A stretch of 56,335 bases of DNA from a virus: IMG/VR virus record IMGVR_UViG_3300045988_137693. One strand, given 5' to 3'. The notes beneath the pieces are model-generated. The model had not been told where the DNA came from, did not search any database, and was given only the letters and a program-made list of their open reading frames with translations. Shown one piece after another: positions 33,352 through 43,900 of this stretch. Every line of letters begins with the position of its first letter. The first letter of the stretch is position 1. The translations under genes and the position numbers were made by a program.

Positions 33352-34731
33352 ATGGCTACCGCATTAACAAGAATTAGCAAATTCTGGAATGCTTTTTCGA
33401 CTCCTCCAGGAAAGTATATTCCAAACGTTGGACAATCATATTCGTTGAATCCCGATCGGCCTTATTTCACCGGCGGAAATGAACGGTCTATTGTTTCGGC
33501 GTTGTATAATAGGGTTGCTCTCGACGTGTCGACACTGACAATTCGACATTGCCGATTGGATGCTCAAGGCCAATACATTGAGGAAATCAAGGATCCTTTG
33601 GACGATTGTCTCAACGTTGCGGCTAATATCGATCAAACCGGTCGTCAGTTCATTCATGATTTGACAACCACCATGTTCGATGATGGAGTCGCAGCTGCTG
33701 TTCCGGTAAAGACATCTAATAATCCGAACTCATCCGGTTCATATGACATTTATGAACTGAGGGTCGGCAGGATCATCGCTTGGATGCCGCAGCATGTTCG
33801 AGTATCGGTATATAACGATATTTCAGGTCAACGAGAAGAACTTATTCTTCCCAAGACCTGGGTGGCAATCGTCGAGAACCCGCTATACTCGGTCATGAAT
33901 GAACCGAATTCGACGCTTCAGCGATTGATTCGGAAACTTAATCTTTTGGATGCGATTGATGATCAATCCAGTTCTGGAAAATTGGATTTGATTCTTCAGC
34001 TTCCGTATACGATTAAGTCTGATGCTCGCCGTAAGGAAGCCGAACGTCGTCGTTCCGACATCGAAAAGCAGCTCACTGGTTCGAAGTATGGTATCGCTTA
34101 TACCGATGGCACTGAACGTATTACCCAGTTGAATCGATCTGTTGATAATAATCTTCTCGAACAGATCAAACACCTGACAACCATGTTGTACGGTCAATTT
34201 GGCGTATCGGAAGCCATTGCTAATGGCACCGCTACTGCTGAGGAAATGTTGAACTATCACAATCGCACGATTGAACCAATCATCTCGGCAATCTGTGATG
34301 CGATGAACGCCAAGTTCCTCACGAAGACCGCTCGATCTCAGGGACAGACCATTAAATTCTTCCGAGATCCGTTCAAGCTGGCTCCGGTCGATCGGATTGC
34401 TGAACTTGCTGATAAGTTCACACGAAACGAGATCATGACCTCGAACGAATTCCGTTCGGTTCTCGGCATGTCTCGAGTCGACGATCCTGCCGCCGATGAG
34501 CTTCGTAACAAGAACCTCAACAAGGCCGATTCCGGATCAGATATGTCCGGTCTTACGGATGAAGGTCAGTCAGAAGGCTCTGACGAAGAACCAATGACCC
34601 AGGAACGATACGATGCGGAAATAGCAGCGTTCGATAAGAATGATGCCAATAAGGCTCTGGATAGTGAAATTAATAAACTCTATTCCGATGCTTCGATGAC
34701 CAAAGCTGTTCAGACGAAGAAAAAAGTCTAG
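33352..34731 (+). CDS. Portal protein
   Basis: 459 aa, located between terL and the protease/capsid gene, with an acidic C-terminus. Confidence 0.8.
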   Translation: MATALTRISKFWNAFSTPPGKYIPNVGQSYSLNPDRPYFTGGNERSIVSALYNRVALDVSTLTIRHCRLDAQGQYIEEIKDPLDDCLNVAANIDQTGRQFIHDLTTTMFDDGVAAAVPVKTSNNPNSSGSYDIYELRVGRIIAWMPQHVRVSVYNDISGQREELILPKTWVAIVENPLYSVMNEPNSTLQRLIRKLNLLDAIDDQSSSGKLDLILQLPYTIKSDARRKEAERRRSDIEKQLTGSKYGIAYTDGTERITQLNRSVDNNLLEQIKHLTTMLYGQFGVSEAIANGTATAEEMLNYHNRTIEPIISAICDAMNAKFLTKTARSQGQTIKFFRDPFKLAPVDRIAELADKFTRNEIMTSNEFRSVLGMSRVDDPAADELRNKNLNKADSGSDMSGLTDEGQSEGSDEEPMTQERYDAEIAAFDKNDANKALDSEINKLYSDASMTKAVQTKKKV

Positions 34732-34771
34732 AACGAAGAAATAACATTAATTCGAGAAAGGAGTGATCCAT

Positions 34772-36706
34772 ATGGCTGATGGCTTTAAGAGTGATTTCAG
34801 TGGCTACGCTACAAAGAACGATGTTCTTTGCTCCGATGGCCGAGTCATTCGTAAAAACGCATTTGCCGATCAGGATGGCACCGTGGTTCCTCTGGTGTTC
34901 CAGCATGATCATACCAGTCCGCTTTCGGTGATCGGTAAGGCGTTGCTGGAAAACCGTGATGATGGAGTCTATGCATATGGCTATCTGAATGATACCGATG
35001 CCGGTAAGGCTGCTCGTGGCATCATTCAACATGGCGATATGATGTCGTTATCCATTGCGGCTAATAAGGTAGTCCAGGAAGGAGCCGATGTGCTTCATGG
35101 TAAGATCCGTGAAGTGTCGTTGGTCTTTGCTGGAGCTAACCCGGAGGCGACTATTGATAATGTGATTCGTCATTCTGATGATGGTGACTCGTTTGAGGAT
35201 CCGTCCTCGATCAGCGCCAATTTCCTGTGCGAGATCGAACAGGGTGACGAGTCTGGAGATCCTTCGGAGGTATTCTCTGAAGATTCTCTGAATGAAGTGC
35301 TTCACGCAGATGCAAATGCGGAGAAGCACAAGAAAGAGGATGAACCAGCTTCCGACGATTCTGCCAAACAAACCGCAAAATCCGAAGAAACTGATTCGGA
35401 CGATTCCGATTCTGAATCGGATGACGAGGATCCTCAGAAGGTCTACGACAGTCTGAATGATAAGCAGAAGGCGCTTGTCGAAGGTCTTGTCGGTATGGCT
35501 CTGAATGAGGGTAAGACCACATCGGCCAAGACCGAGGGCGAACAATCCAATAAACAGCAAACCGTCGAACAGTCGGCGGATGAAGGAGATGAAATGAATA
35601 TCTTCGAACACAATGCTACCGAAGGCGCTACGTCTTTTGAGCACTCTGATGATTATCAGAGCTTTATGCATTCTGAAGGTGTAAAGGGCGCTACTGATTT
35701 CGCCCATGCTCAGGAGAACTTCTTCCGAGCCGCCCAGCGCGATCCGTCTGGTTCTCTCCAGAAGTTCGTGCTTCAGCATGCCCAGAATTATGGCATCAAG
35801 AACATTGACGTGTTCTTCCCGGATGCCCGCGCCGAGCGCACCGAGCCCGATCTGTACAAGCGCGACACCGAGTGGGTGGCCGGTCTTCTGAACGGCGTCC
35901 ATAAGGTTCCGTGGACTCGCATCAAGTCCGCGTACGTTGACCTGACTCCGGATGAGGCTCGTGCTAAGGGCTTCACGCTTGATCGTGACAACAACCATCG
36001 CAAGTTCGATGAAATGATCAAGGCGTACAAGCGCCAGACCACGCCGACCACCATCTACAAGAAGCAGAAGGTGGACCGTGATGACGTGCTTGACATCACC
36101 GAGTTCTCCGTGGTGAACTTCCTGATGCGTGAAATGCGTATCCAGCTCGATGAGGAAGTCGCTCGTGCAATCCTTATCGGTGACGGTCGTGACGTTTCCG
36201 CTGAGGATCACATCAACACCGAATGCATTCGTCCAATCGTTTCCGACGACGATCTGTACGTGATGCATTCCGTGGGCAAGGCCGACGAAACCCAGACCGC
36301 TCTGGTTGACCGTATTCGTCAGTCCAAGGTCGGCTACATGGGTTCCGGCAATCTGACCGCATACGTTTCCCCGACCCTGCACGCCAGCTTCGCCGTGCAG
36401 CGTGATCAGATGGGTCGTCGTCTGTACGACTCCGATACCGCTCTGGCTTTCGAACTCGGCGTCCAGAAGATCGTTGAGGTTCCGCTGCTCGAGAACTTCA
36501 AGCTGGAGAACAAGAACACCCTTCAGGCCATCATCTTCGATCCTCGTGACATCACCGTCGGCACCGATCGTGGCGGCGATGTGACTTCGTTCGACAACTT
36601 CGACATCGATTACAACCAGTACAAGTACCTGATTGAGACTCGTATGTCCGCCGCTCTGACCAAGCCGAAGTCCGCGATCGTGATCGAGGCAACCCCAAAA
36701 GCGTGA
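34772..36706 (+). CDS. Prohead protease (HK97/S78-like) - acidic scaffold-like linker - major capsid protein fusion
   Basis: N-terminal FSGYATKNDVLCSDGRVIRKNAF...PLVFQHDH...MMSLSIAAN...IREVSLVFAGANPEA. Acidic Ser/Asp-rich middle. HK97-fold-like C-terminal half. Confidence 0.85.
   Translation: MADGFKSDFSGYATKNDVLCSDGRVIRKNAFADQDGTVVPLVFQHDHTSPLSVIGKALLENRDDGVYAYGYLNDTDAGKAARGIIQHGDMMSLSIAANKVVQEGADVLHGKIREVSLVFAGANPEATIDNVIRHSDDGDSFEDPSSISANFLCEIEQGDESGDPSEVFSEDSLNEVLHADANAEKHKKEDEPASDDSAKQTAKSEETDSDDSDSESDDEDPQKVYDSLNDKQKALVEGLVGMALNEGKTTSAKTEGEQSNKQQTVEQSADEGDEMNIFEHNATEGATSFEHSDDYQSFMHSEGVKGATDFAHAQENFFRAAQRDPSGSLQKFVLQHAQNYGIKNIDVFFPDARAERTEPDLYKRDTEWVAGLLNGVHKVPWTRIKSAYVDLTPDEARAKGFTLDRDNNHRKFDEMIKAYKRQTTPTTIYKKQKVDRDDVLDITEFSVVNFLMREMRIQLDEEVARAILIGDGRDVSAEDHINTECIRPIVSDDDLYVMHSVGKADETQTALVDRIRQSKVGYMGSGNLTAYVSPTLHASFAVQRDQMGRRLYDSDTALAFELGVQKIVEVPLLENFKLENKNTLQAIIFDPRDITVGTDRGGDVTSFDNFDIDYNQYKYLIETRMSAALTKPKSAIVIEATPKA
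36694..36700 (+). promoter_or_regulatory. Candidate -1 programmed frameshift heptamer C CCA AAA
   Basis: X XXY YYZ in the capsid frame, one codon (GCG) before its TGA stop. The -1 frame is the Ig-like ORF. Confidence 0.5.
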
Positions 36707-37287
36707 CGCCTCCTGAATCGACTGACAAGAAGGTGACCGCCATCGCGGTCACTCCTTCCACGCAGTCGATCACCATTGGAGGCACTACTCAGCTTAGGGC
36801 GACAATCACCCCTGCTGACGCAACCAATCAAAATGTCAAGTGGTCTTCTAAGCAGGAGGCTGTTGCTTCCGTATCGGAATCCGGTGTCGTGACCGGAAAG
36901 ACCGCCGGCGTTGCCCATATCGTGGCTTCCGCTCAGGATGGCAGCAAGGTGACCGGTGAGGCTCAGGTCACGGTTGCCGCGCCGACGCTTGGAACCTTGA
37001 CTGTTGATGCCACACTTGGAGCCGACGGATATTCGGTGACGGTGACTCCTAACGTTGAAGCAGGTAACACGCGATATTATCGTGTGACCGAATCGAACGC
37101 CGCTCCGACGATCACGTATGATCAGACGGTGACGACTTCCGAATGGACTGCGTTCACTTCAGGACAAAAGATCACCAGCACTGATGGCGAGAACATCTCC
37201 GTGCCGGTCATCTCCGTGGTTGAATTGACTGCCGGTGGCAAGGCTCGCAAGTACGGTAAGGCAACGCTTCCCGCACCGTCCGTTTGA
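36703..37287 (+). CDS. Bacterial Ig-like (Big_2-type) domain protein; probable C-terminal extension of the capsid protein or a decoration protein
   Basis: AIAVTPSTQSITIGGTTQLRATITPADATNQNVKWSS...VVTGKTAGVAHIVA. GTG start overlaps the capsid stop. Confidence 0.7.
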   Translation: MTPPESTDKKVTAIAVTPSTQSITIGGTTQLRATITPADATNQNVKWSSKQEAVASVSESGVVTGKTAGVAHIVASAQDGSKVTGEAQVTVAAPTLGTLTVDATLGADGYSVTVTPNVEAGNTRYYRVTESNAAPTITYDQTVTTSEWTAFTSGQKITSTDGENISVPVISVVELTAGGKARKYGKATLPAPSV

Positions 37288-37301
37288 TATAAGGGTGATC
37301 A

Positions 37302-37625
37302 ATGGCCCGATTCGCTGGAGCAGTAGGATTCGCGGAACAGGTGAAGACGGCTCCCGGTGTATATCGAGATGAAATTGTCGAACGACAGTACACAGGCACT
37401 GTCATTCGCAATACCGTTCGTTGGAATACAGGGTCTGAGGTGAATGAACCGATGCGATTGGATCAATCGATATCGATCATCTTGGACCCGTATTTCAATG
37501 ATCATCTGCAAGCGTTGCGTTATGTGCGTTGGATGGGCGGATTGTGGAAAATCACGTCCGTTCAGATCCAGCGTCCCCGTGTCATATTGCAACTGGGAAG
37601 TGAGTATCATGAGCAGACCCCGTGA
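37302..37625 (+). CDS. Probable head-closure / head-tail adaptor protein
   Basis: Position and size; the YVRWMGGLWKITSV pattern resembles head-tail joining proteins. Confidence 0.45.
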   Translation: MARFAGAVGFAEQVKTAPGVYRDEIVERQYTGTVIRNTVRWNTGSEVNEPMRLDQSISIILDPYFNDHLQALRYVRWMGGLWKITSVQIQRPRVILQLGSEYHEQTP

Positions 37626-37962
37626 GGAACTACAACAGATACTTGAGAACCTCATGAGTGAAGCTTATGAGGCGCTTCCCGATGATGTTCGCAATGTAAC
37701 ACCGAATTTTTCGGGGCATGTGTATTTTCAGGCTCCGTCAAGAATCGAGTATCCTGCAATCGTCTATGAACGGACGAGTGCCGATACACAGTTCGCTGAT
37801 GACGCTCCATATATCTATGAGAAGCGTTACCAGGTGACTGTCATCGAAAAGGATCCCGATTCATCCATACCAGATCGAGTCGCGATGCTTCCGAAATGCC
37901 TATTTGATAGACATTACGTCGCTGAAAATCTGCATCACGACTCATTTGTCATTTATTTCTGA
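37609..37962 (+). CDS. Probable neck / tail-completion protein
   Basis: Called on position only; ATG 37609 is in frame within tracked ORF 37444. Confidence 0.4.
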   Translation: MSRPREELQQILENLMSEAYEALPDDVRNVTPNFSGHVYFQAPSRIEYPAIVYERTSADTQFADDAPYIYEKRYQVTVIEKDPDSSIPDRVAMLPKCLFDRHYVAENLHHDSFVIYF

Positions 37963-37974
37963 AAGGAGTATCCC

Positions 37975-38670
37975 ATGGCAGCTCTTGTTTGGGATAAGAC
38001 CGGTGAACGTACGTATGAGACCGGTGTCGATCGTGGCGTTCTGTTCGTCATGAAGGCGGATGGTACCGGTTACGATGCCGGTGTCGCTTGGAACGGTCTG
38101 ACTGGCGTCACCGAATCGCCTTCCGGTGCCGAAGCGTCCGCTCAGTACGCCGACAACATCAAGTACCTGACTCTGACTTCCGCTGAAGAATTCGGCGCTA
38201 CGATTGAGGCCTTCACTTATCCGCCGGAGTTCGCTCCGTGTGACGGCCAGGCCACTCCGGCTGAGGGCGTTACCGTTGGTCAGCAGGCTCGTCGCAAGTT
38301 CGGTTTCTCGTATCGAACCAAGATCGGCAACGACACCGCTGGCATCAACTACGGCTACAAGCTGCACCTGATCTATGGCGCCACCGCAGCCCCGTCCGAG
38401 CGCGAATACGCGACCGTCAATGATTCTCCCGAGGCCCAGACCCTGAGCTGGGAGATCAGCACCGATCCAGTCGAAGTCGGTGTCGATGGCGTGACCGCAA
38501 CCGCTCAGGTCACCATCGACTCCACCAAGGTCGATAAGACCAAGCTCAAGGAGCTCGAAGACAAGCTGTACGGACGTGGCACTGGCAACGCCTCTCCGAC
38601 TCTGCCTACGATCGCCGAAGTGATCAACATGTTCAAGACCACCTCTGGTGGTGGCGTGAGCTCACACTGA
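37975..38670 (+). CDS. Major tail protein
   Basis: VAWNGLTGVTESPSGAEASAQYADNIKYLTL..EEFGATIEAFTYPPEF is a typical major-tail pattern. Confidence 0.8.
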   Translation: MAALVWDKTGERTYETGVDRGVLFVMKADGTGYDAGVAWNGLTGVTESPSGAEASAQYADNIKYLTLTSAEEFGATIEAFTYPPEFAPCDGQATPAEGVTVGQQARRKFGFSYRTKIGNDTAGINYGYKLHLIYGATAAPSEREYATVNDSPEAQTLSWEISTDPVEVGVDGVTATAQVTIDSTKVDKTKLKELEDKLYGRGTGNASPTLPTIAEVINMFKTTSGGGVSSH

Positions 38671-38872
38671 CGAATTGTCCGATTTCGCTGTCGACGAACC
38701 GAACGCGCTCACCCTGTCCTGAGTCGTTCAAAATAGGAAGTAATTCTTCCTGGCCACCTTTATGGTGGTCAGACTCTCTGGAAGATAACAACATTAGCCA
38801 CAATTGATGCTACACGTTTTCTTGACCACCATCTTTCAGAGGGCCTGACCATTGTAACGGAAAGGAGTTATC

Positions 38873-39973
38873 ATGTCTCTCAATGGTATCGATATCTCGA
38901 ATTGGCAGGCCTACATCGATCTTACTGCTGTTCCCGCCGATTTCGTCATCGCAAAGGCCACTCAGGGGACCGAGTACGTATCCCCCGATTGTGCTCGACA
39001 GGTCGAACAGGCACGTGCGACTGGAAAGCGCTTTGGCGTCTATCATTACGTCTCCGGTGGCAACGCCGTCGCCGAAGCCAATCATTTTGTCGACAGCTGT
39101 ATCAATTGGGTCAACGCAGGTCTGTTCTGCATCGATTGGGAAATTCAAGAGAATTCCGCTTGGGGCGATGAGGGGTATCTTGAACAAGTCGTCGCTCAGG
39201 TGAAGGCTCGTACGGGAATTCCTCCGCTCATTTACTCGTCGGCAGCTTATTATGCTCAGGTTGCTGCTGTCGCCAATCGTCAGAACTGTGGTCTGTGGAT
39301 CGCGCAGTATGCGAATAATGTCCCTACCGGATATCAGGACACTCCGTGGAATGAAGGCGCTTACGCTTGCGTCATTCGCCAGTATTCTAAAACCGGTCGT
39401 CTTCCTGGTTATGACGGCGATCTGGATCTCGATAAGTTCTACGGCGATGGAGCCACGTTCGACAAGTATGTGACCGGTGGCGGAAACGCTTCGAATGTTC
39501 CTCCTTCACAGCCTGCCGATCCGCTCGCCGGACGTTCCGATGACGATCTCGCCAATGCTGTGATTCGTGGTGAATTCGGTGACGGCGATGCTCGCAAGCA
39601 GAAGCTTGGCAGTCGTTATGCTGCCGTTCAGGCGTTGGTGAATCAGAAGCTCGCTGCTCCAGCATCCCCTGGTCGGACATATACGGTTCAGCCCAACGAT
39701 ACCCTGTCGACGATCGCTGCCAAACTTGGTGTGGATCAGTCTCAAATCACCGGATTCCATTCCGGTAATCCGAACCTGATTTATCCGGGCGAGGTGCTGA
39801 ATATTTCTGGAGGATCGCCACAGCCGACTGCCGAATACTACACAGTTCAGTCGGGTGATAATCTGTCGACTATTGCCGCTCAATACGGCACCAGTTGGCA
39901 GCACATTCGTGATCTGAATGGTTTGTCGAATCCTGATCTTATCTATCCTGGTCAGGTTCTTCGCGTTAGGTAA
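38873..39973 (+). CDS. Endolysin: GH25 muramidase + two LysM domains
   Basis: NGIDISNWQ...[12 protein letters not shown]...GVYHY...IDWE. Two copies of YTVQxxDxLSxIAA...IYPGxVL. Confidence 0.9.
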   Translation: MSLNGIDISNWQAYIDLTAVPADFVIAKATQGTEYVSPDCARQVEQARATGKRFGVYHYVSGGNAVAEANHFVDSCINWVNAGLFCIDWEIQENSAWGDEGYLEQVVAQVKARTGIPPLIYSSAAYYAQVAAVANRQNCGLWIAQYANNVPTGYQDTPWNEGAYACVIRQYSKTGRLPGYDGDLDLDKFYGDGATFDKYVTGGGNASNVPPSQPADPLAGRSDDDLANAVIRGEFGDGDARKQKLGSRYAAVQALVNQKLAAPASPGRTYTVQPNDTLSTIAAKLGVDQSQITGFHSGNPNLIYPGEVLNISGGSPQPTAEYYTVQSGDNLSTIAAQYGTSWQHIRDLNGLSNPDLIYPGQVLRVR

Positions 39974-39976
39974 GGA

Positions 39977-40540
39977 ATGATTATGCTCGAGCTCACTCTT
40001 CCAAAGGTTGAGGGTTATGATGAGAACACTGGAATGTTTGTTGCAGCAGCTCCCGCCGTGACCCTCAAGCTCGAGCATAACCTTGTCGCGATCTCAAAAT
40101 GGGAATCAAAATTTAAGAAGCCGTTCTTCTCCAAGGAACCCAAAACCGAAGAGGAGAGCAATTATTACATTTGGTGCATGGATCAGGATTCTGAACATAC
40201 CCTTTCTTTATATTTTCGCTTGACCGATGCCGATAGGCAGGCCATTCAGGAGTACATTGCCGATCCTCATACCGCAACGGTGATCAACGATCGACGTGAA
40301 ACCAAGCAACATGCTAAATCGTTCACATCTTCCGAGACCATCTACGCCGCGATGACAGCTCGAGGTATTGACTGGAGTGCTCAATATTGGCACATCAATC
40401 GTTTGTTGACATTGATACGTCTCATCGATGTGGAAAATTCGAAGGGTGATAAACACAATCGTATGAGCGCCAAAGACAACAGAGCTGAACGTGCTCGTAT
40501 CCTTGCGGAGAATCGTAAACGTTTTAACACGAGAGGTTAG
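39977..40540 (+). CDS. Probable tail assembly chaperone
   Basis: Position upstream of the tape measure; no frameshift partner ORF seen. Confidence 0.45.
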   Translation: MIMLELTLPKVEGYDENTGMFVAAAPAVTLKLEHNLVAISKWESKFKKPFFSKEPKTEEESNYYIWCMDQDSEHTLSLYFRLTDADRQAIQEYIADPHTATVINDRRETKQHAKSFTSSETIYAAMTARGIDWSAQYWHINRLLTLIRLIDVENSKGDKHNRMSAKDNRAERARILAENRKRFNTRG

Positions 40541-40542
40541 TC

Positions 40543-40926
40543 ATGACGGGTATCAGGGTTGAGGTCAATGGCGACTTCAGTGGCCTTGATCGTTTTATCA
40601 CTAACATCAAAGAGCAACGGTATCTCAAAGTACTGGATCGAATCGGACGTCGCGGCGTTGATGCTTTGTCCAACGCCACACCTGTTGATAGTGGCGCGAC
40701 AGCCACTGCCTGGGGGTATGAGGTCCATAGGTCGAAACATCGATCCGAAATTATTTTTACCAATTCCAACGTCAACGATGGCGTGAACATCGCCATTATT
40801 CTCCAGTATGGACACGGCACCGGAACTGGTGGATACGTCGCTGGACGCGATTACATCAACCCGGCGCTTGCAAAAACATTTGATCAATTGGCCGATGAGG
40901 CCTGGAGGGCGGTGACTAATGGCTAA
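40543..40926 (+). CDS. HK97 gp10-like tail component
   Basis: ALSNATPVDSGATATAWGYEV...ILQYGHGT pattern. Confidence 0.5.
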   Translation: MTGIRVEVNGDFSGLDRFITNIKEQRYLKVLDRIGRRGVDALSNATPVDSGATATAWGYEVHRSKHRSEIIFTNSNVNDGVNIAIILQYGHGTGTGGYVAGRDYINPALAKTFDQLADEAWRAVTNG

Positions 40927-43900
40927 CATCGACGAACGTGTGGTCAAGCTGTCCATGGACGATTCGTCCTTGCAGCAAGGCGTATCTCGTGTTACCAAGG
41001 CTTTGGAGCAGCTCAAGAAAGCGTTCAATTTCAGCGACACCAAGTCGTTTGAAGAGCTCGATAAAGCTGCCAAGAAAGTCAAGTTTGATAGCGTCTCCAA
41101 GTCTGCATCCGATATGCAGAAGGATGTCAGCAAAGCCACATCCAAGGCGGCTGACGACTTTGCCGAGATGGGTTCGAGCGCTCAGAAGAGCGTCCAACAG
41201 ATTGGCGCCGCTTCCGATAATGTCAATTTAACTGGTGTTGCATCCGCTGCGAACAAGATGTCCGATCAGGTGCAGCAGTCTGCCGCTGAAGCAAACTCCG
41301 CGATCGGAAAGATTGGCACCAATACCGTTGGCATTCAACAAACCGTTGATGCGATTGACGGCATTAATGATGCGGCCAATCGTGTCGATTTGAGCCCGAT
41401 TCAGAAGGGTGTTGAAAACGTCAAAATGGGAATCTCTTCCATGAGGGATTCCTTGACGAACAGTGTGAATACCTTCAAGGCCACACCTATCGGCGAGCAG
41501 CTTGATGCGGTTCAACCGCATTTCAAGGCCCTTGAGGCCATCGGCGTTGTTGCCATGGGCAATCTTGCGGCTAAAGCGGCTACGTATGGCATGCAACTTG
41601 CCAGTAATCTGACTAATGGCATTCGTAGTGGTTTCGAAGAGTATGAGACTCAGCTGAATTCGGTTCAGACCATTCTTGCCAACACCCAGAAAGAGGGAGC
41701 CAACCTCACTCAGGTCAATACTGCTCTGAATCAGCTCAATACCTACGCTGATAAGACCATTTATAATTTCACCGAAATGACCAGGAACATCGGTACGTTC
41801 ACAGCTGCCGGCGTTGATCTTCAGACTTCGGTGAATTCGATCAAGGGTATTGCTAACCTCGCGGCCATTTCTGGCTCAAGTTCTGCTCAGGCCTCGACTG
41901 CTATGTATCAGCTATCCCAGGCATTGGCCACTGGTACGGTCAAGCTCATGGACTGGAACTCGGTCGTCAACGCCGGTATGGGCGGTCAGGTCTTTCAGGA
42001 TCTGTTGGTTCAGACTTCTGAGAAACTTCAAACTGGCGCTAAGCAGTATATCGCTGCTGAGGGTTCCTTCCGCGACTCGCTTCAGAAAGGTTGGCTGACT
42101 TCGGATGTTCTGACCCAGTCATTGAACATCCTGGCCATGGACATCACCGATGTCGAGAAGGCCGTTCAGTCGCTCGTCTCAAAGGGCTACACCGAGGAAG
42201 AAGCTCGTCAGCTTGTCCAGCTCGCCCAGACCGCTCAGGATGCGGCGACCAAGGTCAAGACATTCTCGCAGCTTATCGATACGGCCAAGGAAGCAGTCGG
42301 TTCCGGTTGGTCTCAGTCGATGCAAATCCTGTTTGGTGATTTCGAAGAAGCCAAGGATCTGTGGACCGGTGTTTCCGATGAGATCAATAATATCATCAAC
42401 GCCCAATCGCAGGCTCGAAACCAGCTACTGTCTTCCGGATTCTCGTCCGGATACAAGCAGCTGGTGAATCAAGGAATCGTCGATACCCAAAGCTTCCAGG
42501 ATATTCTTACGAATCTTGGCAATCGAGATTACGTTAGCGGGCTTATTAATCAATATGGTAGCTTTGAGAAGTCGCTTCATGCCGGTTGGTTGACTGCCGG
42601 AATGCTGAAAGACGGCGTGGCTCAGCTCACCCAAAAAGTTGATGGCTATGATGATGCGACCAAACAAAACCTTGGCATCACCAACGAACAGATCAATCAG
42701 CTTCATGCATTAAATGCAGGTCTTCAAAATGGCAGTATTTCCGCTGATGATTTCGCCAAGAAGATGCAGCGGATGTCCGGTCGAGAGAACGTCATCCAGG
42801 GTCTTGCCAATATTTGGAACTCTCTGAAGACGATCATTCAGGCGGTGGGCAAGGCTTGGGATGAAGTCATGCCTAGCATGAGTGGTGATACCATTTATGC
42901 GCTTACTGAAGCTTTCCGCAAGTTTACCGAAGGGCTGAAACCTTCGCCTCAGTTGCTGAATGTCATCACTACTGCCACCAAAGGCGTCGCTACGGCGTTC
43001 AAAGCGTTTCTTGGTGTTGTCGGCTTAGCAGCCAAAGGCTTCGGCACATTGCTGGGCTTTGCTGGTAAAGTCGCTGGATCATTCATTAATATCGCTTCAT
43101 CGGCTATTAATGGCGCCAAAGCATTCGCCGAATATGTCAAGCAATCCAAGGTTGTTACCAATGCAGTCAAGCTATGGGAAGCTTCATTCTCATCGTTTGG
43201 AACGGTCCTCAAGACCATTGGCGATTCTATCAGCGGCGTATTCGATGGCCTGTTCGATGGCGCGAAGAAAGGCACTTCCGGATTCCCCGATATTCTCGGG
43301 ATCATCAGCAAGACCCTGGCTGGTTGCGCTCAAGAAGTCAATAATTACGGCACTGAATTCCAGACAGCCTTCCAAGCGAAGTTCGGCTCTGTTCCGGAAA
43401 TCGCTCAGAAGGTTTCGGATAAGGTTTCTTCTGCGATCCAATCACTTCGCCCAGCGTTCAATTGGATTGGCGATCGTCTTCAGGAAATCGGAGAAGCCAT
43501 TCAGCGATTCTTCGGCGATCTCAACGGCAAGATTACCCTCGATCAGATTCTGTCGTTGATCAATGGCGGCTTATTGACCGGTGTTCTTGTTGGACTCAGA
43601 AAGTTCATCAAGGGACTCAATGAAGTTGGCGATGATCTTGAGAAGTCGACCTTCAAAGGCGCTCTGAAGAAGACACTCGACGATATCGGTAATTCGTTTA
43701 AGGACTTCGCCAAGTCGTTTAAGATCGTTTCGATCACCGCCATCGCTGCGTCGATAAAGTTGCTTGCTGACGCCTTAACGCAATTGTCGACCATCAGGAC
43801 CGAAAAGATCATGCCGGCACTTGGCGCTATGACCGCCATCATTACTGTCATGACTGGCATGATGGCTGGACTTGCTGCTTTGGCGGAAGTAACCAACAAA

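Noticed and set aside
39977-40926. Expected G/GT-type -1 frameshift in the tail assembly chaperone upstream of the tape measure
   Set aside because: No overlapping + strand ORF in the -1 frame and no obvious slippery heptamer near the 3' end of 39977..40540. The next ORF (40543..40926) has its own start and looks like an HK97 gp10-type protein.
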